A stretch of 56,602 bases of DNA, filler included, from Jimgerdemannia flammicorona (taxonomy: Eukaryota): assembly GCA_003990765.1 (NCBI GenBank). It is 3 parts of 3 records of this genome, joined end to end, with 100 filler letters (N's around TTAATTAATTAA, not from the genome) between each part and the next. Parts side by side here need not be neighbours in the genome. Positions count along the whole stretch, not along the records: positions 37,804 to 56,602 come from RBNJ01002112.1; 2 more parts are not named here. One strand, written 5' to 3'. The translations under genes and the position numbers were made by a program. The notes beneath the pieces are model-generated. The model was not told where the DNA came from. It saw nothing but the letters and a program-made list of their open reading frames with translations, and did not search any database. This document shows, piece by piece, positions 37,804 to 49,162 of this stretch (position 1 is the first letter of the stretch; each line of letters opens with the position of its first letter).

Positions 37804-38066
37804 GTTGTTTGTTTTGGTTCTCTGATTCGACGCGTCTCGGTGCTCAGTATATATGCATTTGGTCCTGATTGGTAAGGTTCTGTTTGTGTAGATCTTGTGT
37901 TCCGTGACTTCATATTGACTCAGCTTTGTGCGCTGTGACTTCGGTTTGACTCAGCTTCGTGATCAAGCAGGTGATTTCCAGATTTGTTCGGAGGTCGCAT
38001 GTGATCTCAGTGGCTTGTTCAGAGGGTGACATATAATTTCGGTGGCTTGGAGGTTGTGCACTTACA
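37804..38066 (-). mobile_element. Probable 5' portion of a younger LTR from another family, cut by the contig end
   Basis: CpG-retaining block ending sharply in ...CACTTACA (TGTAAG on the minus strand). Short internal repeats (TTGACTCAGCTT x2, GTGGCTTG x2) and TATATA near 37847. Confidence 0.45.
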
Positions 38067-38288
38067 AGTTCAGAGAAGGCTTTTTACTATCTTTAGTAAT
38101 ATCAGAACAGTAGTTTTCTCTATTGCTATCATAGAATTGTACTAGCTTTCTATAACTACTGAAAATATATATATCAAAAATTATAATATTTATTGTCTTT
38201 ATAGAAGATATATGATTTAAGATAGTTTGTAGCTTAGAGTTTTTCATTCTTTATACTTTCTGTAGCTTTTTAGTATGATTCTAGCTAG

Positions 38289-39865
38289 TGTTACATAGTG
38301 GTTGCTGAGTCTTTCAAATATATCAGATTCTCTTTAAGATGTATCTCTTAGACTAACTCAAGTTTGTTATAAGTAAGTTCTTATTAGAGTACCTTTCTAA
38401 GATCTTATAGTCCTCAAACTTCTTATCTTTAAACTATCTTATTATTTCTTTAGATTGCTTATAAGGAATTATATATATTGCACTAAGAGGAACTGACTTT
38501 ATTTCAGAGGAAATAAGAGGGATATTTATATAAAATATAATTTAATGATTACTAAGATATAAAGCTAAATATAAATTCCAATAACTAAATAAAAATACCA
38601 GGACATGGAAAACTGTCAAGTTCCAGGGTCAGCACAGATAGTTGCACAGGTTCAGGATACTGATATAATTTCAGTAATATAGAAAAATGGTGCTGAAATA
38701 ATTCTGAGTTATATCAAAATACCAGTGGAGGAATAGCTATTATATAGGAAAAGAGTGCTGGCATAATTCAGTATAACCAAGGAACTTCAGAGCAGAATGT
38801 TCAGGACTATAGGGGCTTTGTCTTCATCAGAGGTCAGGATGTCTTTGAAGGAGATAAGATCTACAAACATCTTGTCCATCTCATTATCATTATATAAATT
38901 ATACATTTCATATATATCATATGAGATAATATCATCACCAATGACATCATCACATTTGGTAGAGAAATTAGGGGCTCTCCAATCTATAAGATTCTCTTCT
39001 ACAAAATAGAGAACAAATGTGAAGTCTTGGAGAGGTCTAATCTAAATACTTGGATCTTGGAATACTGAGATCAATTCTTGTAGAAATTGATCTGAGTTGT
39101 TCTGGAGGATGAGATGCCAGAAGTCTTCTACTTTATCACTATTGAGGGTGATAGTAGACTGGGCTTCTGTAGCCACCCTGGCTTCTAGTATATTAATACA
39201 GTGGGCTGATAGATCTCTGAAGTCTGAGACTCTAACATACTCTAAGTTAGAGATTGACCATAGTGTATGTCTGAAGATCTGATAGATCTTCTTAGCTATT
39301 CTTACTTCATATATATCCATATAAGTGGTATCTTGTAACTCTTAGGGGCTAGCCTGTAGGAACTCCTGGTAGAGAAGGTTTTCTATTTCATACTTCTGCT
39401 ATATTTGGAGGTATTTAGTAGCAATGGTGATTCTTGTTTCTATTTCATAGTAGTAGAGGATAAAGTGATAAGGATCTGCAGTACTCAGGTTAAGGCTAGG
39501 AGTCCTTCTTATATAGGTCCTCATGGCTCTTCTGATGTCTTGGAATATCCTTTCTTCAACTAAGGTGCCTTAGTGGTTCCTTGACCTTGAGGTTTGGCAA
39601 GCAGTAGGTATTTTATTTATGGTAAGTCTTTGAGCTATTTTGGGATTGGTGGATCTTATTGGTTGCTGCTACTGCAGTTTCTTGATCCTTCTTTTATATT
39701 CCTCAAAATATCTATACTGTGATTACAATGACTACAATTGGTCATCATTACTCATCTTATAGCCTGAGTGGTCATGCCATATGATCTTCTTGTACTCTAA
39801 TCTGGTGGCTTGTAAGGAAAGGCTGTCTCTTGTACTGATGTCATCATTCTGATATCACTATTACA
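38289..39865 (-). repeat. 3' LTR of Gypsy III (1577 bp)
   Basis: TG...CA termini. Aligns end to end with 51364-52939, with mostly transition differences. Confidence 0.95.
38787..39611 (-). pseudogene. LTR-encoded ORF, 3' LTR copy (275 codons, start ATG>ATA)
   Basis: Same frame and length as the 5' LTR copy. The stops I read here correspond to CAA/CAG/TGG codons in the other copy. Confidence 0.8.
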
Positions 39866-39875
39866 TCTTCCTCCT
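39866..39875 (-). other. Polypurine tract AGGAGGAAGA
   Basis: Directly abuts the TG start of the 3' LTR on the minus strand. Confidence 0.85.
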
Positions 39876-40364
39876 AAATAAGGATCTCTTTGAACATCCT
39901 TATTCATTGGTCCAGTCCTGAAAAATTTATTGATTCCATAACCTCTGGCAAGGGGTCAAAAAGTAGTATTTATGGACTGATATCTTCCCTATATATTTTG
40001 GCATAATGGTGAAGAGTTGCTCCCTTCATATAGCATAAGGGCCTGATTTTAATCTTGACCAATTAGTTGATAGTTCAAACTCCTCTGGCTTTGAAAGTCT
40101 TATGAATGAGTAGTTGTTAGTGCCATATCTCTTAGAGAATGGTTCAGATAGATAGCCTGCTAGTCATGGGATATACTATTATAATTTTCAGACTAGAACC
40201 TCATGGATGGTCATTATGTTTTGCTTCTCTTATATAGATTTATGGTACTTCTTGAGTCTATTCCTATATACCATGATAGACATGGCTTTCACCAGTAACA
40301 TTCGGGTGACACAAGACTCAGACAACACTTTTTACAATGTTTTTGGTATCCGACGACTAACAAC

Positions 40365-42280
40365 ATGAATGGCAACGATCGAACTGGTGAGCATACTAGC
40401 CAGGGGGGTGACAGCACCTTTGGCTGGCAGCAGGTGGGGAGGAGGGGAGATGGTCTGGGGATGCCAGGGGCCTCGATGGCTAGCCAAGGCCCTGGTGGCG
40501 GAGGGAGGGGCAGTCTGAGGCAGAGAGGAGGGGAGAGATCAACCTTTGCTGACAAGATCAGAATGGGGAAGATGGCTTCTGGGCTAGATGGTTAGCTGGG
40601 CCTGGGGAAGGCACCGATGGCTACTGCTGGGGGTCAGGGATGTGTACCCCAGAGTGCTTCTAGTGGTAGGGAAGGGGCCGGAGTAGGGGCTGGAGATGTG
40701 ACTGCTGATGGGGCTGTGACTGGGGATCTGGCAAAAAATCCAGATATGATGGCAGTTGGTAATTCCAGACTTGGAGTGGGCATAAGGCCTGGGGACCTGG
40801 CTGATGGGTGATGGGCATGGTGTTGGCCCCGTTACTCAAGAAGTCGAGGTCAGAATTCGCAGTCATGATGTGCTTCTGGGGCTTGGCAGTGACAGCGAGG
40901 ATGATTTTGGGGCTGGTGGTACAGGAGGCTAAAGGAGCAGCGTCGGTGAAGTTCTTGAGAGGAAAGGAAGGGGTTGAGGTGGGGTTTGAGGAGGAAGATA
41001 CATTGTTGGCAGCCATGGAGAAGGGGGTGATGGTTGGTGGAGTTGTGGTCCCTATGGCCCAGTGTATGCGCTGAGACCCTCGAGTGGTGCAGTTGACAGT
41101 GTTGGACCTCCTGACTGTATCAAAGGAGAGGACCAGGGAGTTGGTTGTGGAGGTGGTCAAGGAGTATGGTGAGATTGTGGATATTAGGTTTAAGGTCTGG
41201 GAGGGAATGGAGCTTAGAACTGGTGATATCGATGTCAGGGTGAGGCTGGCTGGGAAGGAGAATATGGGGAAGTTGAGGGACTGGCCAGCGGCACTGTGGT
41301 GGGGACCGGTGGAGTGTAAGGTCACTAGGGTGAAGGGGACTCCGGAGGAGGAGGAGGACCTGTTGGAGGCTCTGAAGGACCTGGAAGAGGCAGTGGTGAG
41401 GAGGAGATTGGCCTGGAAGGAGTTTGAGGCCAGGATGGTGGTGGGGGAGGTGGATGGGAAGAGGATCCAGATGGAGAAGGGGGCCTGGGAAAAGATGCAG
41501 GGGAGGAGGATCCAGAAGGAGCTGTTGGCGAAGTTGGGTGGGGGTGGGGCTGGTAGAAGCTCAGGAGAGGGAGTTGTAGGGTCGCAGGAGAGTGCCTGGG
41601 CTGAGGGGGGAGAGATGGCCCAGGGCGAGGTTCAGATTGGAGGTGGGGCAGGGAGGGAGGGCATTTTGGAGGCGGATGCCAAAATGGGTGAGGGTGTATA
41701 CCCTCAGTATAGTGTCCTGGATGGGACAGAGGGGGAGGAGGAGTTGATGGATGTGCCGGATGAGGAGTGGGATGAGTCGGTGAGGAGGAGCACACTGGTG
41801 GACCCTGAGGTGGATGGAGGACAAATCGCTCAGGGGGCGGCAGAGACAGTTGATGAGGAGAAGTAGATGTGGAAGACCTTGAAAGGGGTAGCAGCTGAAG
41901 AGCTGGGGGGTGAGGACTTCAGGGTGTTGGAGGAGAAGTATTGGGAGGAGATCCTACAGGGGGGGGGGGTGCCGAGGAAGATGAGGAATGAGATCCTGGT
42001 GGTCCTCCTGGAGTCAGTTGAATATCAGGTTGATGATCAGCGAGAGGAGGAACTTAGGAGAATTGCGAGTGACAGAGCACTTTTCTTGTGGAATTCGAGG
42101 AAGGGACTGGAGAAGTGGCGCACTGTCTGCTTGGACTACAGGGCTGATATGGAGGAAGTGGACAGGGTGGAATGTCAGGAAATCTTGGGGGCACTGGATG
42201 CTCAGGATAATGCAGAGGGTGATTTGGAAGCTGAGCAGTGCTTGGATCTGGCGGGAGATGAGATGAGTATAGAATTGTAG
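40365..42280 (+). pseudogene. LINE ORF1 (~640 codons; a few stops and a frameshift near 40808)
   Basis: Chain of ORFs at 40365, 40617, 40808, 41084 and 41867. RRM-like core (VVKEYGEIVDIRF), homologous to the ORF1 remnants of copies A-C. Confidence 0.8.
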
Positions 42281-42311
42281 GGTGGGGTCTCTATTGCAAC
42301 ATTCCTTCAAT

Positions 42312-45300
42312 ATGAACAGTACAACTAGGATTTTCTTATTGAACATTAATGGGCTACGGGGGTCGGCTAGGAGGAAGTTTATATTTGGTTGGCTTAAGGG
42401 ACTGAATGCAGACCTCTTCTTACTGCAGGATATTCATTATGAGGCAGATGTGGACTTACAGGATTGGACTAAGGAATGGGGGGGTGCAGCAGTTTGGAGG
42501 GGGAAAGTGTGTATTCTTGTTTAGAAAGGGATGGGGGACATTGGGAACATTGGACATTGGAGGTCTCGGGTGGTGTGGGGAGTGTGGAAGAGGTCTGGAT
42601 GGGGCCCGCTGATGGTCGGGTCCTGTTACTACCCAGCTGAGAGAGGGGAGAGGGTGGAATGGATCCGCGGATTGAAAGAGGCTGGTGTGGTGGGTGAAGT
42701 TGGGTTAGACTGTATGGGGGGTGACTTTAACATGGTATGGGATAAGGAGTTGGACAGAACTGATAGAGGGAGAGGCGTGTGGGGTGAAAGTGGTGGGTTG
42801 GGTGACTGGTTGGAGATGGAGAGAGTGTGTTCTCTAGTAGACTCAGGAAGACATTTTTGGACTAATCGGTGGATGTATACCCACTGGGCGGCAGAACTGG
42901 GCTCCAGGATTAACTGGGTTCTAATGGCAGAGTGTTGGGGAACTGATGTCTGGTCGGCGCTGGAAGTCATATGGTGTCTGTGGTCTGATCACTGGGGGCT
43001 GCTTAGAGGGGAGAGGTTTGGGGGAAATGCGGATGGGCCGGGATATTGGCAACTAAATTCTTCCCTGTTGGAGGATAGGGTGTTGTGGGAGAGATGGGAA
43101 TCGGAGGTGGTTGGAAATATCGGCAGGTGGCAGGAACAAGGACTGGCGATTGGGGACCACTGGAGAAGGCTGAAGGTGAAGGCTCAGGAGTATTGGAGGG
43201 AAGTGGGGAAAGAGAAGTGTGCCCAGCGAAGGCGGCGGGTGCTGTGGGCTTCGCGGCATCTGGCAGCACTCATGGAGAGATGGGCAGGTGTGTTGGAGGA
43301 TGGGGCCATGACTGATTGGCATATTGCAAGGATCCGGCAGGAGGTGGAGGAGCTCAAAGAGGCATTATGCAGGGAGGAGGAGGAGCAGTTGTAGGGAATG
43401 GTGGCCCACCTGCAGTGGCAGAGGCTGGAGGAGGGGGAGAGGCCTACCAGATTCTTGTCATGGTTGTTACAAGCTCGACGAACGAGGCAACAGTGGGAGG
43501 GAGTTCTGGATGAGAATAGCGAGCTGGTGGTGGAGACTCCAGCAATTCTAGGTCTATTACGAACCCGTTGGGGGAATCTGTAGAGTGAGGAGGATGGGGG
43601 ATTGGATGCCCTGGACATTGAAAGACAGCTGGGGGATTGGCACCCGGACCCTGCAGTTGGACTCGGGGCATTGGGAGACCTGGTGAGTGGTGAGGAGATT
43701 TGCAGGGTTGTGGCCTCAATGAGTAAGGAGACAGCTCCAGGAGAGGATGGACTTCTCTGGGATTTTTGGCAGAAGATGACTGGGGTGGGTGAGGTGCTAG
43801 AGGAAATGACTGCTATGTGTGATGGAGTTCTTCGGTCTGGTGCCTGGATTGGGGGACAGTGCTTAGGGCTGGTCTCTTTGCTCTTTAAGGACAAGGGTAG
43901 GCAAGAGGACTGGAAGAACTGGTGGCCAATTATGCTGCTCGACATGGACTGCAAATTGGTGACGAAAATCTTAGTGATGAGGTTGCAAGGCATCGCTCAG
44001 CAGGTTCTTGGTGTGGAGCAATGTGGGTTTGTCAGTGGTCAGTTGATTCGAGATGAGACAGCCTGAGTTCATAGAGTGATTGAAGGTGCCCGGACAACAG
44101 GAGTGGATGGCTGATTGGTGTTTCTGGACCAAGAGAAGGCTTATGATAGAGTGCAGAGAATATGGCTGGAAGGAGTGCTGAAGTGGATTGGTATCTCACC
44201 AGGGGTCTGAAGTTCATTAATCAGCCTTCTAGAGGACAGTCAGGCAGCATTGGTCATCAATGGCCACAGGGGAGTGACTTTTCCTCTGGGGCATGGGGTA
44301 CCACAAGGGGACCCCTTGTCACCTATATTGTATGCTCTTTCCCTGGAGCCACTACTGGACAGGATTCAGCGTAAGATTGGAGGCTTGGACATTTTAGAGG
44401 TGAACTGGAAGGTGGGGGCCTTTGCTGATGATATGGTGGTCGGGCTGGACTTCTTGGGAGATGTGGGAGAGTTACAGAGGACTGTAGAATGGTATAAGTG
44501 GGGTTCTGGTACTAAACTTAACTGGCACAAATGTGAGATGCTGGTGCTGGGTGCTGGAATTGTTGGTGGCGATGTTATCGGGATAGTGGTACCAGCAGGG
44601 AAACCAGTGCACTACTTGGGGATCTACTTCTCAGTGTTCAGATCTCTTCTTCCCTGGGCATAGTGGGACCATAAACTTCTGGAGTGGGGTAATGCCTTGC
44701 TGTGATGGGGAGACTGGCATATGTCCCTTGCCAGAAGGGTGATGGTGTTGAATGTATACTGGATGCCAAAGCTGTGGTATGTTGGATATCATTTGGATTT
44801 CCCAACCTGGGTGGTTAAGGAGTTGTCGAAGATGGCGAGGTCATGGATCTAGGGAGGACGGCGAAGCCAGGTTGGTTGGGAGGTGCTCACACTGCCCTTG
44901 GAAAGAGGTGGGCTAGGCCTAGTGAACTTTACTAAGTGGCTTCTATGTCTGAGAGCCTGGTGGCTATGTAGGGTGAGCAAGCTCAGGGGGCAGGAGTGGG
45001 TGCCACTCATGCAGAGGTTGTGGGAGGTTCGGTACTCCCCACATGGTAGCTCCGGGGATCTGCTTGCAATGGTGGCCATGGAAGGGAGCAGGAAGATGCA
45101 GTTTACAGGCTTTTGGTGGGGGGTGGTAGATGGTGCTAAGAAGATTGGACTTCGGTGGTGAGGTGAAGAAGCTGAGGAGGTTTGGGGACCGTGGATGTGG
45201 TGGTGAGACAGGCTTCTATTGGGTGGTGTCCTGGTGGAGGACTTTCAGCTTGGCGAGGGCCTGGAGTGTTTGCAAGGCCTAGGTGGGGACCTGTGGCCAG

Positions 45301-45974
45301 AAGCCTAGCAGAGGGTTGGAATTGGAGAGGAGTGGAATTGGAATGGACTCTGGCTTTGGAGCAAATGGGTGTGGCAGTGGCTGCCCCCCAAGTTCTGGGT
45401 GGTGTGGTGGTGGGTCCTATGGTGGAATGTGATGTTGAACTATCGGTCTGGACACTTGGTGGATGGTGGGGTATTCGAGTGTGAGGATTGTTTTCATGTG
45501 GGTCAGGAGGGAGGAGTGATACAAACACCTGAACATTGGCTTGGGGAATGTGAGATTTTGGGGGAGTTTTGGAGAGGTGTTAGGAACAGGGTAGGGCTGG
45601 GTGCCATGGAGAGAGAGGTAGAGGGGAGGTGGGGAGAGCTCTGCCAGTGACTGGTGGGTGGAGTTGGGGACGAATAGCTGACCCTTAGTTGGGCTTTAGC
45701 TATGTGGGTTGGGCTGGCTGGACATTGGATTTATGTATTTGAGGAAGGGTGCCAGGTCGGGGTTGGTGACAAGATGGCCTGGTGGGAATGGTTGATGTTG
45801 GATATTTTGAATGGCTGGTGGCAGAGTTGGGGGATGGGTGGGGGGTACCGCAGGGGTCTGGTGCAGTGTATCACCCAGAAGAGTGGTGGGAGGGTTCAGG
45901 TAGTTGGTAATTGAGTGGTGCTCGAGCAGGGAGAGGTTGAGGGAGGGGGTTTGGGCCCCTGGGGCATTGGTTGA
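42312..45974 (+). pseudogene. LINE ORF2: APE endonuclease + reverse transcriptase + C-terminal Cys/His motif (~1220 codons, internal stops)
   Basis: LNINGL, LLQD, GGDFN, SDH, PGYWQLNSSLL, APGEDGL, LDQEKAYDRV, GVPQGDPLSP, FADD, YLGI, GGLGL and CEDC..TPEHWLGEC all lie in one frame. Confidence 0.95.
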
Positions 45975-48748
45975 GGGTAGGGATGACATTGTATTGTTTA
46001 TATATATTATAGACTTCAGTAATAAAGGGCAGTCTAAGAGACTATAAAAAAAAAAAAAAAAAAAAAAATGTACCATAATAGATAGTATAGTCTCTGAGAT
46101 TTTTTTAAGCCAGAAGATAGTTCTCTTGATATCTTGTATATAGAAGAGTCCTTCCTATTTAGGCTCCAGTTTTCATGACCATGAGGCTTCTACCATATTT
46201 TGATATAGTAGGACCTTTTCTCTGATTTGGATGGGTTCTAGGGTCTTGTGATTCTTTTCCGCATTCTTCCTTATTAGTACTTATAACTTGATGATATAAT
46301 CTTCAGCCTTCTTTCTGATTTAGTATAGCCTCTGGATTTCTGTATCAACTCATCTCCAAGTTAGGTCTAGATTTATAACTGAGGTTTCATCAGAATCTTC
46401 TTTTCTAAAGAGCAGTTCTCTTAGAGTAAAGTGTGTACTTTGTGACTATATATCTCATAGGATAGAGAGAATAGTTGAGAGGTAGTTATCCCAATTCTCA
46501 TATGTGTCTGAGATCTTTACCAGGATGTTCTTGAGGGTCTTATTGGTTCTCTCTGTCTGTCCATTTCCTTGAGGGTGATATATGGTGGTCTTGATGTACT
46601 GAATCTTATATTTCTAATATATTATCTTATAGAATCCATTGACAAATTCTGTGCTGTAGTCTGTTGTGATTTGCTTTGATATCTTGTAGTGGCAGATGAT
46701 TTCTTAGTGCAGGAAGTCAGCTATAGAGAGAGCATTGGCTTCTTGTAATGCTCCTGCTTCTATCTATTTAGTAAAGAGGTCTACAATAATTACATATAAT
46801 ATAGCAGTTTCCTGATAGTATTACTGGTAGTGGCCTAATGATATCTATTACAATGTGGTGGAAGGGGATAGGCTCAATTCTTCATGACCTGAGTACTTGG
46901 TCTTGCTGATCTTGTTTCTGTTTTTGGCACTTGTCACACTCTTTGACAAATTGGTGCAGGTCTTCTTCTATCTCGGGCCACTACATAGTTCTTCTTGTCT
47001 TGTCATATATATTAGTTCCTTCTAGATATCCTTGTTTGTGTACTTTCTTCATTACTTGATACTTCTTGTATTTGGATATTACAAGCTTTCCTCCTTTTCT
47101 GAGTATAGTGTTGTCTAGTTCAAACTGTTTCTAAGTCTAGTTGATAATGGTGATTATTCAGGGTTTGAGGTGGTTGGACATCTTTTGCTGCCCAAGGTAG
47201 CTGATTAATCCATAGTATAACTCCTTATTCATATTGAATAGTCTTGATGGAGGTGTTTTGGAGTGTTCTTGAGAGTGTATCAGCATTGATATTGATTTTT
47301 TCTGAGCAGTACTTAATAGTACAGTCATACTCTTATAGTCTGTAGATCCATCTGGCATATATTTCTTTGGAGTTCAGAATGTGGAATAGCCAGGCAAGAG
47401 TGGAATGGTCTGTTTGAATGGTGAAGTATTTTCCAGCTAGGTAATAGTGGAACTTGTCTACTGTCCAAACTACTGCTAAGTATTTGAGCTTACATGACTC
47501 ATAGTTCTGTTCTGCTTTACAAGTACCTTGGCTTATATAGGAGATGATATATTCATGTCTATCTTTCTTCTGAGCTAGGACTGCTCCAAGTCCTATAGTA
47601 CTTGCATCTGTCTGCAAGATGAATTCTAGGTTCCAATCTGGTCTTCTGAGGATAGGTGCTTGGGTCAACCTGGTTTTGAGTTTATTGAAGGTTTCTTGGT
47701 ATTTCTTGATCTATTTGAATTTGGTTTCCTTTTTCAGTAACTTATAGATAGGTACTATAATGTTAGAGTATCCTTTGATGAATTTTCTGTAGTAGGAGGC
47801 TAGTCCAAAAAAGGCATAGACTTCTGTAGTTGTTCTGGATCTCAGATAGACTGCAACAGTCTCAATCTTTATGAGGTCTGTGTAGATTCCAGTCTGATTG
47901 ATGAGGTATTCTAGGTAGATGATTTTCTGAGCCACAAACTTATATTTCTTGGACTTGATATAGAGGTCATACTCCTTGAGCTTCTTGAGGGCTAGCTGTA
48001 TGTAGTTGACATATTCCCATACAGTGTTGCTGAAGATGATTACATCATCAACATAGACAAAGAGCTATTTTCCAATCTCATTACTGAAGACTCTGTTCAT
48101 CATTTACTGAAAACTTGCTGGGGCATTGCACATTCCAAATGGCATTCACAGATAGAAATAGGTGGCATTAAGTATGATGAAGGCTGATTTCTCACTGGCA
48201 TCTTAAGTGAGACTAATCTGATAGAAGCCTGAGAATAGATCTAAGGTAGTGTAGTATTTGGCTTCACTTCTAAGAGTAGTAAGGATTTCTTGAATATTTG
48301 GCAAAGGCTGCCTATTCTTCTTGGTAATTGTATTGAGTTTTCTGTAGTCAATACAGAGTCTTAGCACAAACTCTCCAGGCTTGCTTTCTTTCTTTGAGAC
48401 AAGGACAATGGGTGAAGCCCAGAGACTGATAGCTTGCTTGATAATTCCAGCTTCTTTCATTTCCTTGAGTTCTGCTCACAGTCATTCTCTATAGGCAGGT
48501 GGTATAGATCTGGCTTTCTGGTAGATGGGCTTGGTATTGCCAGTATCAACTTCATGATAGTACTTAGGTTCTTGATTGTAGATATCCCTGAAGTCTGTAG
48601 TAAGTACTCCTTCATTCTGGTGCAGGATCTTAAGAAGTCCTTCTTCTAGAGGAAAGTTTTCTCCAATGGTATATGTGTGCTTGTTCTGGTCCTTATCTTT
48701 CTTATATTCAAGTTCAGTAATCTTGGTGGTAGCATAGGCTCCTCTTCT

Positions 48749-49162
48749 GGTAGATCCAAAGCCTTGTTCTTCTCTCTTAGTCTTGATGAGTTTGATGACT
48801 TCCATGATCTTGGGCTTCTTGATTTCATAGATCAGTATCTGGCCAATCCTGTCATACTTCTTGACTTTGAATAGGGTAGTGGGGTTGTAATTCCTGACTA
48901 TAAGAAAGATCTTGCCAGTGTAATCAGAGTCAATTACTCCTCCTTCAACTGAGATTTCACTTTTGGCCAGACTGCTCCTGGTTTTGATAATTTCAGCATA
49001 GTTCTCTGACAGCTTGACTCCAATTCCAGTGCCAAGTAGTGTAGTGGTCTGTGGTTTGAGAGTAGCATCTTGAATGCTGGTAAGATCTATTCCTATGGCT
49101 CCTTCAGTCTTATATTCTGGAATCTTGGCTTTAGAGTGAAACTTCTTAACCATGAGGGTGAT
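48749..49162 (-). pseudogene. dUTPase domain of Gypsy III pol, between protease and RT
   Basis: All five trimeric dUTPase motifs in an open frame: AIGIDL, RSSLA, GGVIDSDYTG, DRIGQ, REEQGFGST. Confidence 0.95.

Larger units (their letters stand above)
40283..46068 (+). mobile_element. Full-length L1/Tx1-clade LINE (copy D, least mutated), ~16-bp TSD
   Basis: TSD TATACCATGATAGACA (40267-40282) and TGTACCATAATAGATA (46069-46084). ORF1 plus ORF2, AATAAA 46021, hairpin 46031-46043, poly(A). Confidence 0.96.

Noticed and set aside
40289..45528. Many Pro/Ser-rich minus-strand ORFs (for example 40660-41325 and 43184-43993)
   Set aside because: They are antisense shadows of the G-rich LINE ORF1/ORF2.
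42312..45974. Stop-codon reassignment (TAG/TAA/TGA read as Gln/Trp) to explain in-frame stops in TE ORFs
   Set aside because: Stops differ between sister copies and map to CAR/CGA/TGG codons, while host genes have no internal stops. Mutation explains them without an alternative genetic code.
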